Source: Tequatrovirus BCH953P4. Taken from it: a stretch of DNA of 64,000 nucleotides. This document shows, piece by piece, positions 48,120-64,000 of the stretch. Each line of letters opens with the position of its first letter. Within the stretch, counting starts at the first letter, position 1. The translations under genes and the position numbers were made by a program. The stretch lies in the sequence record OZ035789.1. One strand, 5' to 3'. The notes under the pieces are model-generated. The model saw nothing but the letters and a program-made list of their open reading frames with translations, did not search any database and had not been told where the DNA came from.

Positions 48120-48614
48120 ATGGAAGGTTCTTCTATCGACGTCACCTTTACCGCTCAATTAGAAACAGGTGAAACGTTAGTATCTATAAATATAACTAGT
48201 TACGAAGAAACTCCTGGGGTTTTAGTAGAAGAAAATCGCTTATATGGAACATATGAATCTGTATTTGGTTTCGGAAATGACGCGTTAAAATATCGTTTAG
48301 GTGATGAATTTAAAACTGCTGCTTCATGGGAAGAACTTCCTACTGATTCTGATACTCAGTTGTATTTGTGGAAAGCTCCTCAGAATCTCCAGAAGACATT
48401 CACTTACGAAGTAACATTAATATATGACTACCAAGAACAGAGTGAATCTGGAGGTTCTGGCAGTAATTCTAGGTCATCTTCTGATATTACTGAACCGACG
48501 AATCCTCCTGCTCCAGTAAGAAAAACTCTCGTTAAAAATTATACTAAAACTATAGTTGGAAATTGGAGTCGTTGGGCTAATAAATTGAGAAGCTATGTGT
48601 ATGAGAGGTCATAA
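48120..48614 (+). CDS. 5.1: gp5.1-like protein; start uncertain (ATG at 48120 with AGGAGAA Shine-Dalgarno chosen)
   Basis: ORF track 48057-48614 starts at TTG inside gene 5. Confidence 0.45.
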   Translation: MEGSSIDVTFTAQLETGETLVSINITSYEETPGVLVEENRLYGTYESVFGFGNDALKYRLGDEFKTAASWEELPTDSDTQLYLWKAPQNLQKTFTYEVTLIYDYQEQSESGGSGSNSRSSSDITEPTNPPAPVRKTLVKNYTKTIVGNWSRWANKLRSYVYERS

Positions 48615-48908
48615 ATGCCAGGATTAAGTTATGATAAGTGTGTTACTGCTGGACATGAAGCATGGCCTCCAACAGTTGTGAATGCTACACAAAGTAAAGT
48701 ATTCACTGGAGGAATTGCTGTTCTCGTAGCAGGCGATCCAATTACAGAACATACAGAAATTAAAAAGCCATATGAAACACATGGCGGAGTGACACAACCT
48801 AGAACTTCTAAGGTATATGTCACTGGAAAGAAAGCTGTTCAAATGGCTGATCCAATATCATGCGGTGATACTGTGGCTCAGGCATCATCTAAAGTATTCA
48901 TTAAATAG
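48615..48908 (+). CDS. 5.4: Baseplate spike tip protein gp5.4 (PAAR-repeat), 97 aa
   Basis: 97 aa with Cys/His metal-site residues typical of PAAR tips; directly after 5.1. Confidence 0.8.
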   Translation: MPGLSYDKCVTAGHEAWPPTVVNATQSKVFTGGIAVLVAGDPITEHTEIKKPYETHGGVTQPRTSKVYVTGKKAVQMADPISCGDTVAQASSKVFIK

Positions 48909-48916
48909 GATTTAAA

Positions 48917-50899
48917 ATGGCAAATACCCCTGTAAATTATCAATTAACAAGAACAGCAAATGCTATTCCCGAGATATTCGTCGGGGGTACGTTTGCTGAA
49001 ATAAAACAAAACCTCATTGAATGGCTTAATGGCCAAAATGAATTTTTGGATTATGATTTTGAAGGCTCAAGATTAAACGTTCTGTGTGACCTTTTGGCTT
49101 ATAATACATTGTACATTCAACAATTTGGTAATGCTGCTGTGTATGAAAGCTTTATGCGTACTGCTAACTTACGAAGTTCAGTTGTTCAAGCTGCGCAAGA
49201 TAACGGATATTTACCTACTTCAAAATCAGCTGCGCAGACTGAAATTATGTTAACTTGTACAGACGCATTGAATAGGAATTACATTACTATTCCTCGCGGA
49301 ACTCGCTTTTTAGCATATGCAAAAGATACTTCTGTTAATCCATATAACTTCGTTTCTACCGAAGACGTTATTGCTATTCGTGATAAAAATAACCAATATT
49401 TTCCGCGTTTAAAATTGGCCCAGGGACGTATAGTAAGAACTGAAATCATTTATGATAAATTAACACCTATTATCATTTATGATAAAAATATTGATAGAAA
49501 CCAAGTTAAATTATATGTTGATGGAGCGGAATGGATTAACTGGACGAGAAAGTCAATGGTTCATGCTGGTTCAACATCAACGATTTATTATATGCGTGAA
49601 ACTATTGATGGAAACACTGAATTCTATTTTGGCGAAGGTGAAATTTCTGTTAATGCTTCTGAAGGAGCTTTGACCGCTAATTATATCGGAGGTCTTAAAC
49701 CTACTCAGAACTCTACAATTGTTATTGAGTACATCAGTACTAATGGTGCTGACGCGAACGGAGCAGTCGGATTTTCATACGCAGATACATTAACAAATAT
49801 AACTGTCATCAATATTAATGAAAATCCAAACGATGACCCAGATTTTGTTGGGGCAGATGGCGGCGGTGATCCAGAAGATATTGAGCGTATTCGCGAATTG
49901 GGTACTATTAAACGCGAAACCCAGCAACGCTGCGTAACTGCAACTGACTATGATACATTCGTTTCAGAAAGATTTGGTTCTATTATTCAAGCAGTTCAGA
50001 CTTTCACTGATTCTACTAAACCTGGTTATGCATTTATTGCTGCTAAACCTAAATCAGGATTGTATTTAACTACTGTGCAACGTGAAGATATTAAAAATTA
50101 TCTCAAAGACTATAATTTAGCTCCTATTACGCCATCAATTATTTCTCCTAATTATCTTTTTATTAAGACTAATTTAAAAGTCACATACGCTTTAAATAAG
50201 CTGCAAGAATCCGAACAGTGGCTCGAAGGTCAAATAATTGATAAAATTGATCGTTATTATACCGAAGATGTAGAAATTTTTAACTCGTCTTTTGCCAAGT
50301 CTAAGATGTTGACATATGTAGATGATGCAGATCATTCTATCATTGGTTCATCAGCGACAATTCAAATTGTTCGTGAAGTACAAAACTTCTATAAAACGCC
50401 TGAAGCAGGTATTAAATACAATAATCAAATAAAAGATCGTTCTATGGAATCTAATACGTTTTCATTTAATTCTGGACGAAAGGTTGTAAATCCTGATACT
50501 GGTTTAGAAGAAGATGTATTATATGACGTTCGCATAGTATCAACAGACCGAGATTCTAAAGGAATTGGTAAAGTTATTATTGGTCCATTTGCTTCTGGCG
50601 ATGTTACAGAAAATGAAAACATTCAGCCGTATACAGGCAATGATTTTAATAAATTAGCAAATTCTGATGGACGTGACAAATATTATATTATCGGTGAAAT
50701 AAATTATCCAGCTGACATGATTTATTGGAATATCGCTAAAATTAATTTAACATCTGAAAAATTTGAAGTTCAGACCATTGAATTATATTCTGACCCAACC
50801 GATGATGTTATCTTTACTCGCGATGGTTCACTGATTGTATTTGAAAATGACTTACGTCCACAATACTTAACTATCGATTTGGAGCCTATATCACAATGA
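48917..50899 (+). CDS. 6: Baseplate wedge protein gp6, 660 aa
   Basis: Length and order match T4 gp6. Confidence 0.9.
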   Translation: MANTPVNYQLTRTANAIPEIFVGGTFAEIKQNLIEWLNGQNEFLDYDFEGSRLNVLCDLLAYNTLYIQQFGNAAVYESFMRTANLRSSVVQAAQDNGYLPTSKSAAQTEIMLTCTDALNRNYITIPRGTRFLAYAKDTSVNPYNFVSTEDVIAIRDKNNQYFPRLKLAQGRIVRTEIIYDKLTPIIIYDKNIDRNQVKLYVDGAEWINWTRKSMVHAGSTSTIYYMRETIDGNTEFYFGEGEISVNASEGALTANYIGGLKPTQNSTIVIEYISTNGADANGAVGFSYADTLTNITVININENPNDDPDFVGADGGGDPEDIERIRELGTIKRETQQRCVTATDYDTFVSERFGSIIQAVQTFTDSTKPGYAFIAAKPKSGLYLTTVQREDIKNYLKDYNLAPITPSIISPNYLFIKTNLKVTYALNKLQESEQWLEGQIIDKIDRYYTEDVEIFNSSFAKSKMLTYVDDADHSIIGSSATIQIVREVQNFYKTPEAGIKYNNQIKDRSMESNTFSFNSGRKVVNPDTGLEEDVLYDVRIVSTDRDSKGIGKVIIGPFASGDVTENENIQPYTGNDFNKLANSDGRDKYYIIGEINYPADMIYWNIAKINLTSEKFEVQTIELYSDPTDDVIFTRDGSLIVFENDLRPQYLTIDLEPISQ

Positions 50900-53800
50900 C
50901 AGTAAAAGCACCTTCAGTCACTAGTCTCAGAATTTCCAAGTTATCCGCAAATCAGGTGCAAGTACGCTGGGATGACGTTGGTGCTAATTTCTACTATTTT
51001 GTAGAAATCGCTGAGACAAAAACAAACTCGGGGGAAAAACTCCCGAGTGATCAATATCGTTGGATTAATTTAGGATATACAGCAAATAATAGTTTCTTTT
51101 TTGATGATGCTGATCCATTAACAACATACATTATTAGAGTAGCTACAGCTGCGCAAGATTTTGAGCAGTCTGATTGGATTTATACCGAAGAGTTTGAAAC
51201 TTTTGCTACAAATGCTTATACATTTCAAAACATGATTGAAATGCAATTAGCTAATAAATTCATTCAGGAAAAATTTACTCTTAATAATTCTGATTATGTT
51301 AATTTTAATAATGACACTATAATGGCTGCATTGATGAATGAATCATTTCAATTCAGCCCATCATATGTTGATGTTTCATCAATCAGTAATTTTATTATTG
51401 GTGAAAATGAGTATCATGAAATACAAGGTTCCATTCAGCAAGTATGTAAGGATATTAACCGTGTTTATTTGATGGAATCAGAAGGGATTCTATATCTTTT
51501 TGAGCGTTATCAGCCTGTAGTTAAAGTATCTAATGATAAAGGACAAACCTGGAAAGCTGTAAAGCTCTTCAATGACCGTGTAGGATATCCTTTATCTAAG
51601 ACAGTATATTACCAATCTGCGAACACAACATACGTTCTAGGATACGACAAGATTTTCTATGGCCGCAAATCTACTGATGTTAGATGGTCAGCCGATGATG
51701 TCAGATTTAGTTCCCAGGATATAACATTTGCTAAACTTGGCGACCAGTTACATTTAGGATTTGATGTAGAAATCTTCGCTACTTATGCTACTTTACCAGC
51801 GAATGTATACCGTATAGCTGAGGCTATTACTTGCACGGATGATTATATCTATGTTGTTGCCAGAGATAAAGTTAGATACATAAAAACGAGTAATGCACCC
51901 ATAGATTCTGATCCATTATCCCCAACATATTCGGAAAGACTTTTTGAACCTGACACAATGACTATAACCGGAAATCCTAAAGCAGTATGCTATAAAATGG
52001 ATTCTGTTGGTGATAAAGTTTTTGCTCTTATTATTGGTGAAGTTGAAACATTAAATGCCAATCCGAGAACTTCAAAAATAATTGATTCCTCTGATAAAGG
52101 AATATATGTTTTAAATCATGACGAAAAGACATGGAAAAGAGTTTTCGGTAATACCGAAGAAGAAAGAAGACGTATTCAACCCGGATATGCGAATATGTCA
52201 ACTGATGGTAAATTAGTTTCTCTGTCTTCGAGTAATTTTAAATTTTTAAGCGATAATGTTGTTAATGACCCTGAAACTGTGGTGAAATATCAGTTAATCG
52301 GTGCTGTTAAATATGAATTTCCTCGTGAATGGTTAACTGATAAGCATTATCATATGATGGCATTTATAGCGGATGAAACATCTGATTGGGAGACTTTTAC
52401 TCCTCAACCAATGAAATACTACGCAGAACCATTCTTTAACTGGTCTAAAAAATCTAACACGCGTTGTTGGATAAACAACTCTGATAGAGTTGTAGTAGTT
52501 TATGCTGATTTAAAATACACCAAAGTTATAGAAAATATTCCGGAAACATCACCAGATAGATTAGTTCATGAATACTGGGATGATGGTGATTGCACTATAG
52601 TAATGCCAAATGTTAAATTCACTGGATTTAAAAAATACGCATCAGGAATGCTTTTCTACAAAGCCTCCGGTGAAATAATTTCTTACTATGATTTTAACTA
52701 TCGTGTGAGAGATACAGTAGAAATTATTTGGAAACCTACTGAAGTATTTTTGAAAGCATTTTTACAAAACCAAGAGCATGAGACTCCTTGGTCACCAGAA
52801 GAAGAGCGTGGACTAGCTGACCCCGATTTAAGACCATTAATTGGCACAATGATGCCTGATTCTTATTTGCTACAGGATTCGAATTTTGAAGCATTTTGCG
52901 AAGCATATATTCAGTATCTTTCTGATGGATATGGAACTCAATACAATAATTTACGAAATTTAATTCGTAACAAATATCCACGAGAAGAGCATGCATGGGA
53001 ATATTTGTGGTCAGAGATATATAAAAGAAACATTTATTTAAATGCTGATAAACGCGATGCTGTTGCGAGATTCTTTGAATCACGTAGCTACGATTTTTAT
53101 TCTACTAAAGGAATTGAAGCATCATACAAGTTTCTTTTTAAAGTTCTTTATAATGAAGAAGTTGAAATTGAAATTGAATCTGGGGCTGGTACTGAATATG
53201 ATATAATCGTTCAATCTGATTCTTTGACTGAAGATTTAGTAGGACAAACGATTTATACAGCTACAGGAAGATGTAATGTTACTTATATAGAAAGAAGCTA
53301 TTCTAATGGTAAATTGCAATGGACCGTAACTATTCATAATCTTTTGGGACGATTAATTGCTGGTCAAGAAGTTAAAGCAGAAAGACTCCCTAGTTTTGAA
53401 GGCGAAATTATTCGTGGCGTTAAAGGAAAGGATTTGCTTCAAAACAATATAGACTATATTAATAGAAGTAGATCATACTATGTAATGAAAATTAAATCCA
53501 ATTTACCTTCTTCCCGCTGGAAATCTGACGTTATTCGTTTTGTTCATCCAGTAGGATTTGGATTTATAGCAATTACCCTTTTAACAATGTTTATTAATGT
53601 TGGTTTAACTCTTAAACATACAGAGACTATAATTAATAAATACAAAAACTATAAATGGGATTCTGGATTGCCTACTGAATACGCTGATAGAGTAGCTAAA
53701 TTAACTCCAGCTGGTGAAATTGAACATGATCCAGTAACAGGCGAAGCAATTTATGAACCTGGTCCAAAGGCTGGTGTAAAATATCCTCTTCCTGATGACT

Positions 53801-53994
53801 ATAATGCTGAAAATAATAATTCAATATTTCAAGGTCAATTGCCGTCTGAACGACGTAAATTAATGAGTCCTTTATTTGATGCATCTGGAACAACATTTGC
53901 GCAATTTAGAGATTTAGTTAATAAACGTCTAAAAGATAATATAGGAAATCCAAGAGACCCTGAAAATCCAACACAGGTTAAAATAGATGAATGA
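50896..53994 (+). CDS. 7: Baseplate wedge protein gp7, 1032 aa
   Basis: Length and order match T4 gp7. Confidence 0.9.
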   Translation: MTVKAPSVTSLRISKLSANQVQVRWDDVGANFYYFVEIAETKTNSGEKLPSDQYRWINLGYTANNSFFFDDADPLTTYIIRVATAAQDFEQSDWIYTEEFETFATNAYTFQNMIEMQLANKFIQEKFTLNNSDYVNFNNDTIMAALMNESFQFSPSYVDVSSISNFIIGENEYHEIQGSIQQVCKDINRVYLMESEGILYLFERYQPVVKVSNDKGQTWKAVKLFNDRVGYPLSKTVYYQSANTTYVLGYDKIFYGRKSTDVRWSADDVRFSSQDITFAKLGDQLHLGFDVEIFATYATLPANVYRIAEAITCTDDYIYVVARDKVRYIKTSNAPIDSDPLSPTYSERLFEPDTMTITGNPKAVCYKMDSVGDKVFALIIGEVETLNANPRTSKIIDSSDKGIYVLNHDEKTWKRVFGNTEEERRRIQPGYANMSTDGKLVSLSSSNFKFLSDNVVNDPETVVKYQLIGAVKYEFPREWLTDKHYHMMAFIADETSDWETFTPQPMKYYAEPFFNWSKKSNTRCWINNSDRVVVVYADLKYTKVIENIPETSPDRLVHEYWDDGDCTIVMPNVKFTGFKKYASGMLFYKASGEIISYYDFNYRVRDTVEIIWKPTEVFLKAFLQNQEHETPWSPEEERGLADPDLRPLIGTMMPDSYLLQDSNFEAFCEAYIQYLSDGYGTQYNNLRNLIRNKYPREEHAWEYLWSEIYKRNIYLNADKRDAVARFFESRSYDFYSTKGIEASYKFLFKVLYNEEVEIEIESGAGTEYDIIVQSDSLTEDLVGQTIYTATGRCNVTYIERSYSNGKLQWTVTIHNLLGRLIAGQEVKAERLPSFEGEIIRGVKGKDLLQNNIDYINRSRSYYVMKIKSNLPSSRWKSDVIRFVHPVGFGFIAITLLTMFINVGLTLKHTETIINKYKNYKWDSGLPTEYADRVAKLTPAGEIEHDPVTGEAIYEPGPKAGVKYPLPDDYNAENNNSIFQGQLPSERRKLMSPLFDASGTTFAQFRDLVNKRLKDNIGNPRDPENPTQVKIDE

Positions 53995-54991
53995 TTCAAG
54001 TGTTATCTATCGTGCGATAGTTACTTCAAAATTTAGAACAGAAAAAATGTTGAATTTTTATAATTCAATTGGAAGTGGTCCGGATAAAAACACTATCTTT
54101 ATCACATTTGGAAGATCAGAACCGTGGTCATCAAATGAAAATGAGGTGGGCTTTGCCCCACCTTATCCAACCGATTCTGTATTAGGCGTAACTGACATGT
54201 GGACGCATATGATGGGAACAGTAAAAGTTCTTCCATCAATGCTTGATGCAGTTATTCCTCGTAGAGATTGGGGAGATACTCGATATCCTGATCCATACAC
54301 ATTTAGAATTAATGACATTGTAGTGTGTAACTCAGCTCCTTACAACGCTACTGAATCCGGCGCAGGCTGGTTAGTATATCGTTGTTTAGACGTTCCTGAT
54401 ACTGGAATGTGCTCAATAGCATCTTTAACTGATAAGGATGAATGCCTTAAATTAGGCGGAAAATGGACACCTTCTGTTAGATCAATGACTCCTCCTGAAG
54501 GTCGAGGAGATGCTGAAGGAACAATTGAACCCGGAGACGGGTATGTGTGGGAATATCTATTTGAGATTCCGCCTGATGTATCTATAAATAGATGCACGAA
54601 TGAATATATCGTGGTTCCTTGGCCTGAGGAATTAAAAGAAGACCCGACTAGATGGGGGTATGAAGATAATCTCACTTGGCAACAAGATGATTTTGGATTA
54701 ATTTACCGTGTTAAGGCAAATACTATCCGTTTTAAAGCATATTTAGATTCAGTTTATTTTCCTGAAGCTGCATTGCCAGGAAATAAAGGATTTAGACAAA
54801 TATCAATAATCACGAATCCTCTTGAAGCTAAAGCTCATCCAAATGACCCAAACGTTAAAGCTGAAAAGGATTATTATGATCCGGAAGATTTAATGAGGCA
54901 TTCGGGTGAAATGATTTATATGGAAAATAGGCCACCTATTATTATGGCAATGGATCAGACAGAAGAAATCAATATTCTGTTTACATTTTAA
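53987..54991 (+). CDS. 8: Baseplate wedge protein gp8, 334 aa
   Basis: Length and order match T4 gp8; start overlaps gene 7 end. Confidence 0.9.
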   Translation: MNDSSVIYRAIVTSKFRTEKMLNFYNSIGSGPDKNTIFITFGRSEPWSSNENEVGFAPPYPTDSVLGVTDMWTHMMGTVKVLPSMLDAVIPRRDWGDTRYPDPYTFRINDIVVCNSAPYNATESGAGWLVYRCLDVPDTGMCSIASLTDKDECLKLGGKWTPSVRSMTPPEGRGDAEGTIEPGDGYVWEYLFEIPPDVSINRCTNEYIVVPWPEELKEDPTRWGYEDNLTWQQDDFGLIYRVKANTIRFKAYLDSVYFPEAALPGNKGFRQISIITNPLEAKAHPNDPNVKAEKDYYDPEDLMRHSGEMIYMENRPPIIMAMDQTEEINILFTF

Positions 54992-54996
54992 ATTAA

Positions 54997-55014
54997 GGGA
55001 GCCCATGGGCTCCC
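54997..55014 (+). terminator. Rho-independent terminator after gene 8 (GGGAGCC-CAUG-GGCUCCC plus UUUUU)
   Basis: 7-bp GC stem followed by TTTTTC on the plus strand. Confidence 0.6.
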
Positions 55015-55022
55015 TTTTTCTT

Positions 55023-55030
55023 TATAAATA
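55023..55030 (+). promoter_or_regulatory. Late promoter TATAAATA for gene 9
   Basis: Exact TATAAATA about 24 nt upstream of the gene 9 ATG; AAGGAAA Shine-Dalgarno. Confidence 0.6.
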
Positions 55031-55054
55031 CTATAAACTCATAAGGAAACCGCT

Positions 55055-55921
55055 ATGTTCATTCAAGAACCAAAGAAATTGATTGATACCGGCGAAATTG
55101 GTAACGCTTCTACTGGTGATATCTTATTCGACGGTGGTAATAAAATTAATAGTGATTTTAACGCAATTTATAATGCGTTTGGCGATCAACGTAAAATGGC
55201 AGTAGCAAATGGCACCGGAGCAGATGGTCAAATTATCCATGCTACTGGATATTATCAAAAACACTCTATTACAGAGTACGCAACTCCAGTGAAAGTTGGC
55301 ACTAGACATGATATTGATACCTCTACTGTAGGTGTTAAAGTTATCATTGAAAGAGGCGAACTTGGCGATTGTGTTGAATTTATTAACTCTAATGGATCAA
55401 TATCAGTTACTAATCCTTTGACAATTCAAGCTATTGATTCAATTAAAGGTGTTTCAGGTAATTTAGTAGTAACTAGCCCATATAGTAAAGTAACTTTACG
55501 CTGTATTTCATCTGATAATTCCACGTCGGTTTGGAATTATTCTATTGAAAGTATGTTTGGACAAAAGGAATCACCGGCTGAAGGTACATGGAATATTTCT
55601 ACATCTGGATCAGTTGATATTCCACTATTTCATCGCACTGAATACAATATGGCTAAATTGCTAGTTACATGCCAATCGGTAGATGGAAGAAAAATTAAAA
55701 CAGCAGAAATAAATATTCTTGTGGATACTGTCAATTCAGAGGTAATTTCTTCTGAATATGCTGTCATGCGAGTTGGGAATGAAACCGAAGAAGACGAAAT
55801 CGCTAATATTGCATTTAGTATTAAAGAAAATTATGTAACGGCGACTATAAGTTCTTCAACTGTCGGTATGAGAGCAGCAGTTAAAGTTATCGCTACGCAG
55901 AAAATCGGGGTGGCTCAATAA
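55055..55921 (+). CDS. 9: Baseplate protein gp9 (long tail fiber socket), 288 aa
   Basis: Length and order match T4 gp9. Confidence 0.9.
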   Translation: MFIQEPKKLIDTGEIGNASTGDILFDGGNKINSDFNAIYNAFGDQRKMAVANGTGADGQIIHATGYYQKHSITEYATPVKVGTRHDIDTSTVGVKVIIERGELGDCVEFINSNGSISVTNPLTIQAIDSIKGVSGNLVVTSPYSKVTLRCISSDNSTSVWNYSIESMFGQKESPAEGTWNISTSGSVDIPLFHRTEYNMAKLLVTCQSVDGRKIKTAEINILVDTVNSEVISSEYAVMRVGNETEEDEIANIAFSIKENYVTATISSSTVGMRAAVKVIATQKIGVAQ

Positions 55922-57729
55922 TGAAACAAAATATTAATATCGGTAATGTTGTAGATGATGGTACCGGTGACTACCTGCGTAAAGGTGGTATAAAAATAAA
56001 TGAAAACTTTGATGAGCTTTATTATGAACTTGGTGATGGTGATGTTCCATATTCAGCCGGTGCCTGGAAAACTTATAATGCTTCATCAGGACAAACATTA
56101 ACAGCAGAATGGGGAAAATCATACGCTATTAATACATCTTCTGGAAGAGTGACTATAAATCTTCCAAAGGGTACAGTTAATGATTACAACAAGGTAATTA
56201 GAGCTAGAGACGTATTTGCTACATGGAACGTCAACCCAGTTACACTAGTAGCTGCTTCCGGCGATACGATTAAAGGGTCTGCAGTACCAGTTGAAATTAA
56301 TGTTCAATTCAGCGATTTAGAACTAGTGTATTGTGCCCCAGGACGTTGGGAATATGTCAAAAATAAACAAATTGACAAAATTACCAGTTCAGACATTAGT
56401 AATGTAGCTCGTAAAGAATTTTTAGTTGAAGTTCAAGGACAAACAGACTTTTTAGATGTTTTCCGTGGAACTAGTTATAATGTAAATAACATCAGAGTAA
56501 AACACCGCGGTAACGAATTGTATTACGGTGATGTATTTAGCGAAAACAGCGATTTTGGCTCTCCGGGCGAAAATGAAGGAGAACTAGTTCCTCTTGATGG
56601 ATTTAATATTCGATTAAGACAGCCTTGTAATATTGGTGACACTGTTCAAATTGAAACATTTATGGATGGTGTGTCGCAGTGGAGAAGTTCATATACAAGA
56701 CGTCAAATTAGATTGTTAGATTCAAAATTAACGTCAAAAACTTCTTTAGAAGGAAGTATTTACGTTACTGATTTATCAACAATGAAATCAATTCCGTTTT
56801 CTGCCTTTGGATTAATTCCAGGAGAACCTATTAATCCTAATTCTCTTGAGGTTCGTTTTAATGGAATTTTACAAGAATTGGCTGGAACAGTTGGAATGCC
56901 ATTATTTCATTGTGTTGGTGCCGATTCAGACGATGAAGTAGAATGCTCTGTTTTAGGTGGAACTTGGGAACAATCTCATACCGATTATTCAGTTGAAACT
57001 GATGAAAACGGCATACCGGAAATTTTACATTTCGATAGAGTATTTGAGCATGGTGACATTATCAATATCACCTGGTTTAATAATGATTTGGGTACATTAT
57101 TAACAAAAGACGAGATTATTGATGAAACTGATAATCTCTATGTATCGCAAGGACCAGGGGTAGATATTTCTGGCGATGTAAATTTAACAGACTTCGATAA
57201 AATTGGTTGGCCAAATGTAGAAGCAGTTCAATCTTATCAACGCGAATTTAATGCTGTTTCAAATATCTTTGATACGATTTATCCTATTGGAACTATATAT
57301 GAAAACGCTGTTAATCCAAACAACCCTGTTACATATATGGGATTCGGCTCATGGAAATTATTTGGGCAAGGAAAAGTTTTAGTTGGATGGAATGAAGATA
57401 TTTCGGACCCTAACTTTGCTCTAAATAACAACGATTTAGATTCGGGTGGAAATCCTTCACATACTGCAGGTGGAACAGGTGGTTCTACTTCTGTTACATT
57501 GGAAAATGCTAATCTTCCTGCAACTGAAACAGATGAAGAAGTTCTAATAGTTGATGAAAATGGATCAGTCATTGTTGGTGGGTGTCAATACGATCCAGAT
57601 GAATCCGGTCCAATTTACACTAAATACCGTGAAGCTAAAGCATCTACTAACTCTACTCACACTCCGCCAACATCAATAACTAACATTCAACCATATATTA
57701 CAGTTTATCGTTGGATAAGGATTGCATAA
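55921..57729 (+). CDS. 10: Baseplate wedge protein gp10, 602 aa
   Basis: Length and order match T4 gp10. Confidence 0.9.
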   Translation: MKQNINIGNVVDDGTGDYLRKGGIKINENFDELYYELGDGDVPYSAGAWKTYNASSGQTLTAEWGKSYAINTSSGRVTINLPKGTVNDYNKVIRARDVFATWNVNPVTLVAASGDTIKGSAVPVEINVQFSDLELVYCAPGRWEYVKNKQIDKITSSDISNVARKEFLVEVQGQTDFLDVFRGTSYNVNNIRVKHRGNELYYGDVFSENSDFGSPGENEGELVPLDGFNIRLRQPCNIGDTVQIETFMDGVSQWRSSYTRRQIRLLDSKLTSKTSLEGSIYVTDLSTMKSIPFSAFGLIPGEPINPNSLEVRFNGILQELAGTVGMPLFHCVGADSDDEVECSVLGGTWEQSHTDYSVETDENGIPEILHFDRVFEHGDIINITWFNNDLGTLLTKDEIIDETDNLYVSQGPGVDISGDVNLTDFDKIGWPNVEAVQSYQREFNAVSNIFDTIYPIGTIYENAVNPNNPVTYMGFGSWKLFGQGKVLVGWNEDISDPNFALNNNDLDSGGNPSHTAGGTGGSTSVTLENANLPATETDEEVLIVDENGSVIVGGCQYDPDESGPIYTKYREAKASTNSTHTPPTSITNIQPYITVYRWIRIA

Positions 57730-58384
57730 TGAGTTTACTTAATAATAAAGCGGGAGTTATTTCCCGCTTAGCCGATTTTCTTGGTTTTAGACCTAAAGCT
57801 GGTAATATAGATGTAATGAATCATCAATCAGTTGGGTCAGTGACAATTTCTCAATTAGCGAAAGGATTTTATGAACCAAACGTAGAATCAGCTATTAATG
57901 ACGTTCATAATTTTTCTATAAAAGACGTTGGTACAATTATTACTAATAAAACTGGTGTTTCTCCTGAGGGTGTTTCTCAAACTGATTATTGGGCATTTTC
58001 TGGAACTGTAACAGACGATTCTCTTCCTCCGGGTTCTCCTGTTACGGTATTAGTATTTGGTCTTCCAGTTTCAGCAACTACTGGAATGACGGCAATTGAG
58101 TTTGTTGCAAAAGTTCGTGTTGCCCTTCAAGAAGCTATTGCGTCATTTACTGCTATCAACTCATATAAAGACCATCCAACAGATGGTAGTAAATTAGAAG
58201 TTACTTATTTAGATAATCAAAAACATGTATTAAGCACATATTCTACATACGGAATAACTATTTCGCAGGAAATTATTTCTGAGTCTAAACCTGGCTACGG
58301 TACATGGAATTTATTGGGCGCACAAACAGTAACTTTAGATAATCAGCAGACTCCTACAGTATTTTATCATTTTGAGAGAACAGC

Positions 58385-58388
<4 letters not shown>
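57729..58388 (+). CDS. 11: Baseplate wedge protein gp11 (short tail fiber attachment), 219 aa, start refined
   Basis: ATG overlapping the gene 10 stop (TAATG) gives the 219 aa expected for gp11. Confidence 0.85.
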
Positions 58389-61428
<3,040 letters not shown>

Positions 61429-61431
61429 CAT

Positions 61432-61447
61432 GGGGCCGCAAGGCCCC
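61432..61447 (+). other. GC-rich hairpin with GCAA tetraloop between wac and gene 13
   Basis: GGGGCC-GCAA-GGCCCC; no immediate U-tract, so terminator function uncertain. Confidence 0.45.
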
Positions 61448-61459
61448 AAAGGATTTTAA

Positions 61460-63161
<1,702 letters not shown>

Positions 63162-63202
63162 TAAATATTATAAACTAATTAAAGCCCAGATTAGGAGAAG
63201 TC

Positions 63203-64000
63203 ATGTTTGGTTATTTTTATAATTCGTCTTTTAGACGATATGCTACTTTGATGGGCGATTTGTTTTCAAATATCCAAATCAAACGTCAGTTAGAATCTGG
63301 TGATAAGTTTATACGTGTTCCTATTACGTATGCATCAAAGGAACACTTTATGATGAAATTGAATAAATGGACATCAATAAATTCACAAGAAGATGTAGCT
63401 AAAGTTGAAACCATTCTACCTCGTATAAATTTACATTTAGTTGATTTTAGTTATAATGCTCCATTTAAAACAAACATTTTAAATCAGAATTTACTGCAAA
63501 AAGGTGCAACTTCTGTAGTATCGCAGTATAATCCATCTCCTATTAAAATGATTTATGAATTGAGTATCTTTACTCGCTACGAAGATGATATGTTTCAAAT
63601 AGTTGAACAGATTCTTCCATATTTTCAACCTCATTTTAATACAACTATGTACGAGCAGTTTGGAAATGATATTCCATTTAAAAGGGATATTAAAATTGTA
63701 CTGATGTCTGCTGCTATAGACGAAGCTATAGATGGGGATAATTTATCTCGTCGTAGAATTGAATGGTCATTAACATTTGAAGTAAATGGATGGATGTATC
63801 CTCCAGTAGATGATGCAGAAGGATTAATTCGTACTACTTATACAGATTTTCACGCCAATACAAGAGATTTGCCTGATGGCGAAGGTGTTTTTGAATCTGT
63901 CGATAGCGAAGTTGTTCCTCGAGATATTGACCCAGAAGACTGGGATGGAACAGTAAAACAAACTTTTACTAGTAATGTAAATAGACCAACACCGCCAGAA
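63203..64000 (+). CDS. 15: Tail sheath stabiliser/connector gp15, N-terminal part (runs off window end)
   Basis: ATG at 63203 after GGAGAAG Shine-Dalgarno; open frame MFGYFYNSSFRRYATLMGDLFSNIQIKRQLESGDKF… to position 64000; not in ORF track because no stop lies in the window. Confidence 0.8.
   Translation, partial: MFGYFYNSSFRRYATLMGDLFSNIQIKRQLESGDKFIRVPITYASKEHFMMKLNKWTSINSQEDVAKVETILPRINLHLVDFSYNAPFKTNILNQNLLQKGATSVVSQYNPSPIKMIYELSIFTRYEDDMFQIVEQILPYFQPHFNTTMYEQFGNDIPFKRDIKIVLMSAAIDEAIDGDNLSRRRIEWSLTFEVNGWMYPPVDDAEGLIRTTYTDFHANTRDLPDGEGVFESVDSEVVPRDIDPEDWDGTVKQTFTSNVNRPTPPE

Noticed and set aside
46609-53896. Minus-strand ORFs inside late genes (46609-46893, 48624-48842, 50425-50622, 52736-53083, 53696-53896) and short plus-strand nested ORFs
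   Set aside because: All lie antisense or out of frame within the long, well-supported baseplate genes 5, 5.4, 6 and 7.

Overview
This window is a gene-dense segment of a T-even (T4-like) myovirus genome, collinear with the T4 map from gene 45 to gene 15, and contains no CRISPR array or rRNA. Positions 1-45736 are read almost entirely on the minus strand (early/middle genes: 45, rpbA, 46, 47, a-gt, 55, nrdH/G/D, 49, pin, nrdC, rI, tk, regB, denV, e, nudE, the tRNA cluster, 57B/57A, 1, 3, 2, 4). Positions 45784-64000 are plus-strand late baseplate and tail genes (53, 5, 5.1, 5.4, 6-12, wac, 13, 14, start of 15). Identifications rest on reading the supplied translations and the DNA against remembered T4 biology; no database search was run. 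Lysozyme and DenV differ slightly from my recollection of T4, so this looks like a close relative rather than T4 itself. The most notable content is mobile and accessory: five homing endonuclease genes (two apparently extra relative to T4), a group I intron splitting nrdD, eight tRNAs with small stable RNAs, three internal-protein-like genes at separate loci, a GrcA-like glycyl-radical protein, and several unassigned ORFs with recognisable domains (nucleotidyltransferase-like, macro-like, P-loop ATPase). Many ORF-track N-termini begin at TTG/GTG and are over-extended; where an internal ATG with a Shine-Dalgarno was evident I give the refined start. Promoter and hairpin coordinates were read by eye and may be off by a few nucleotides.
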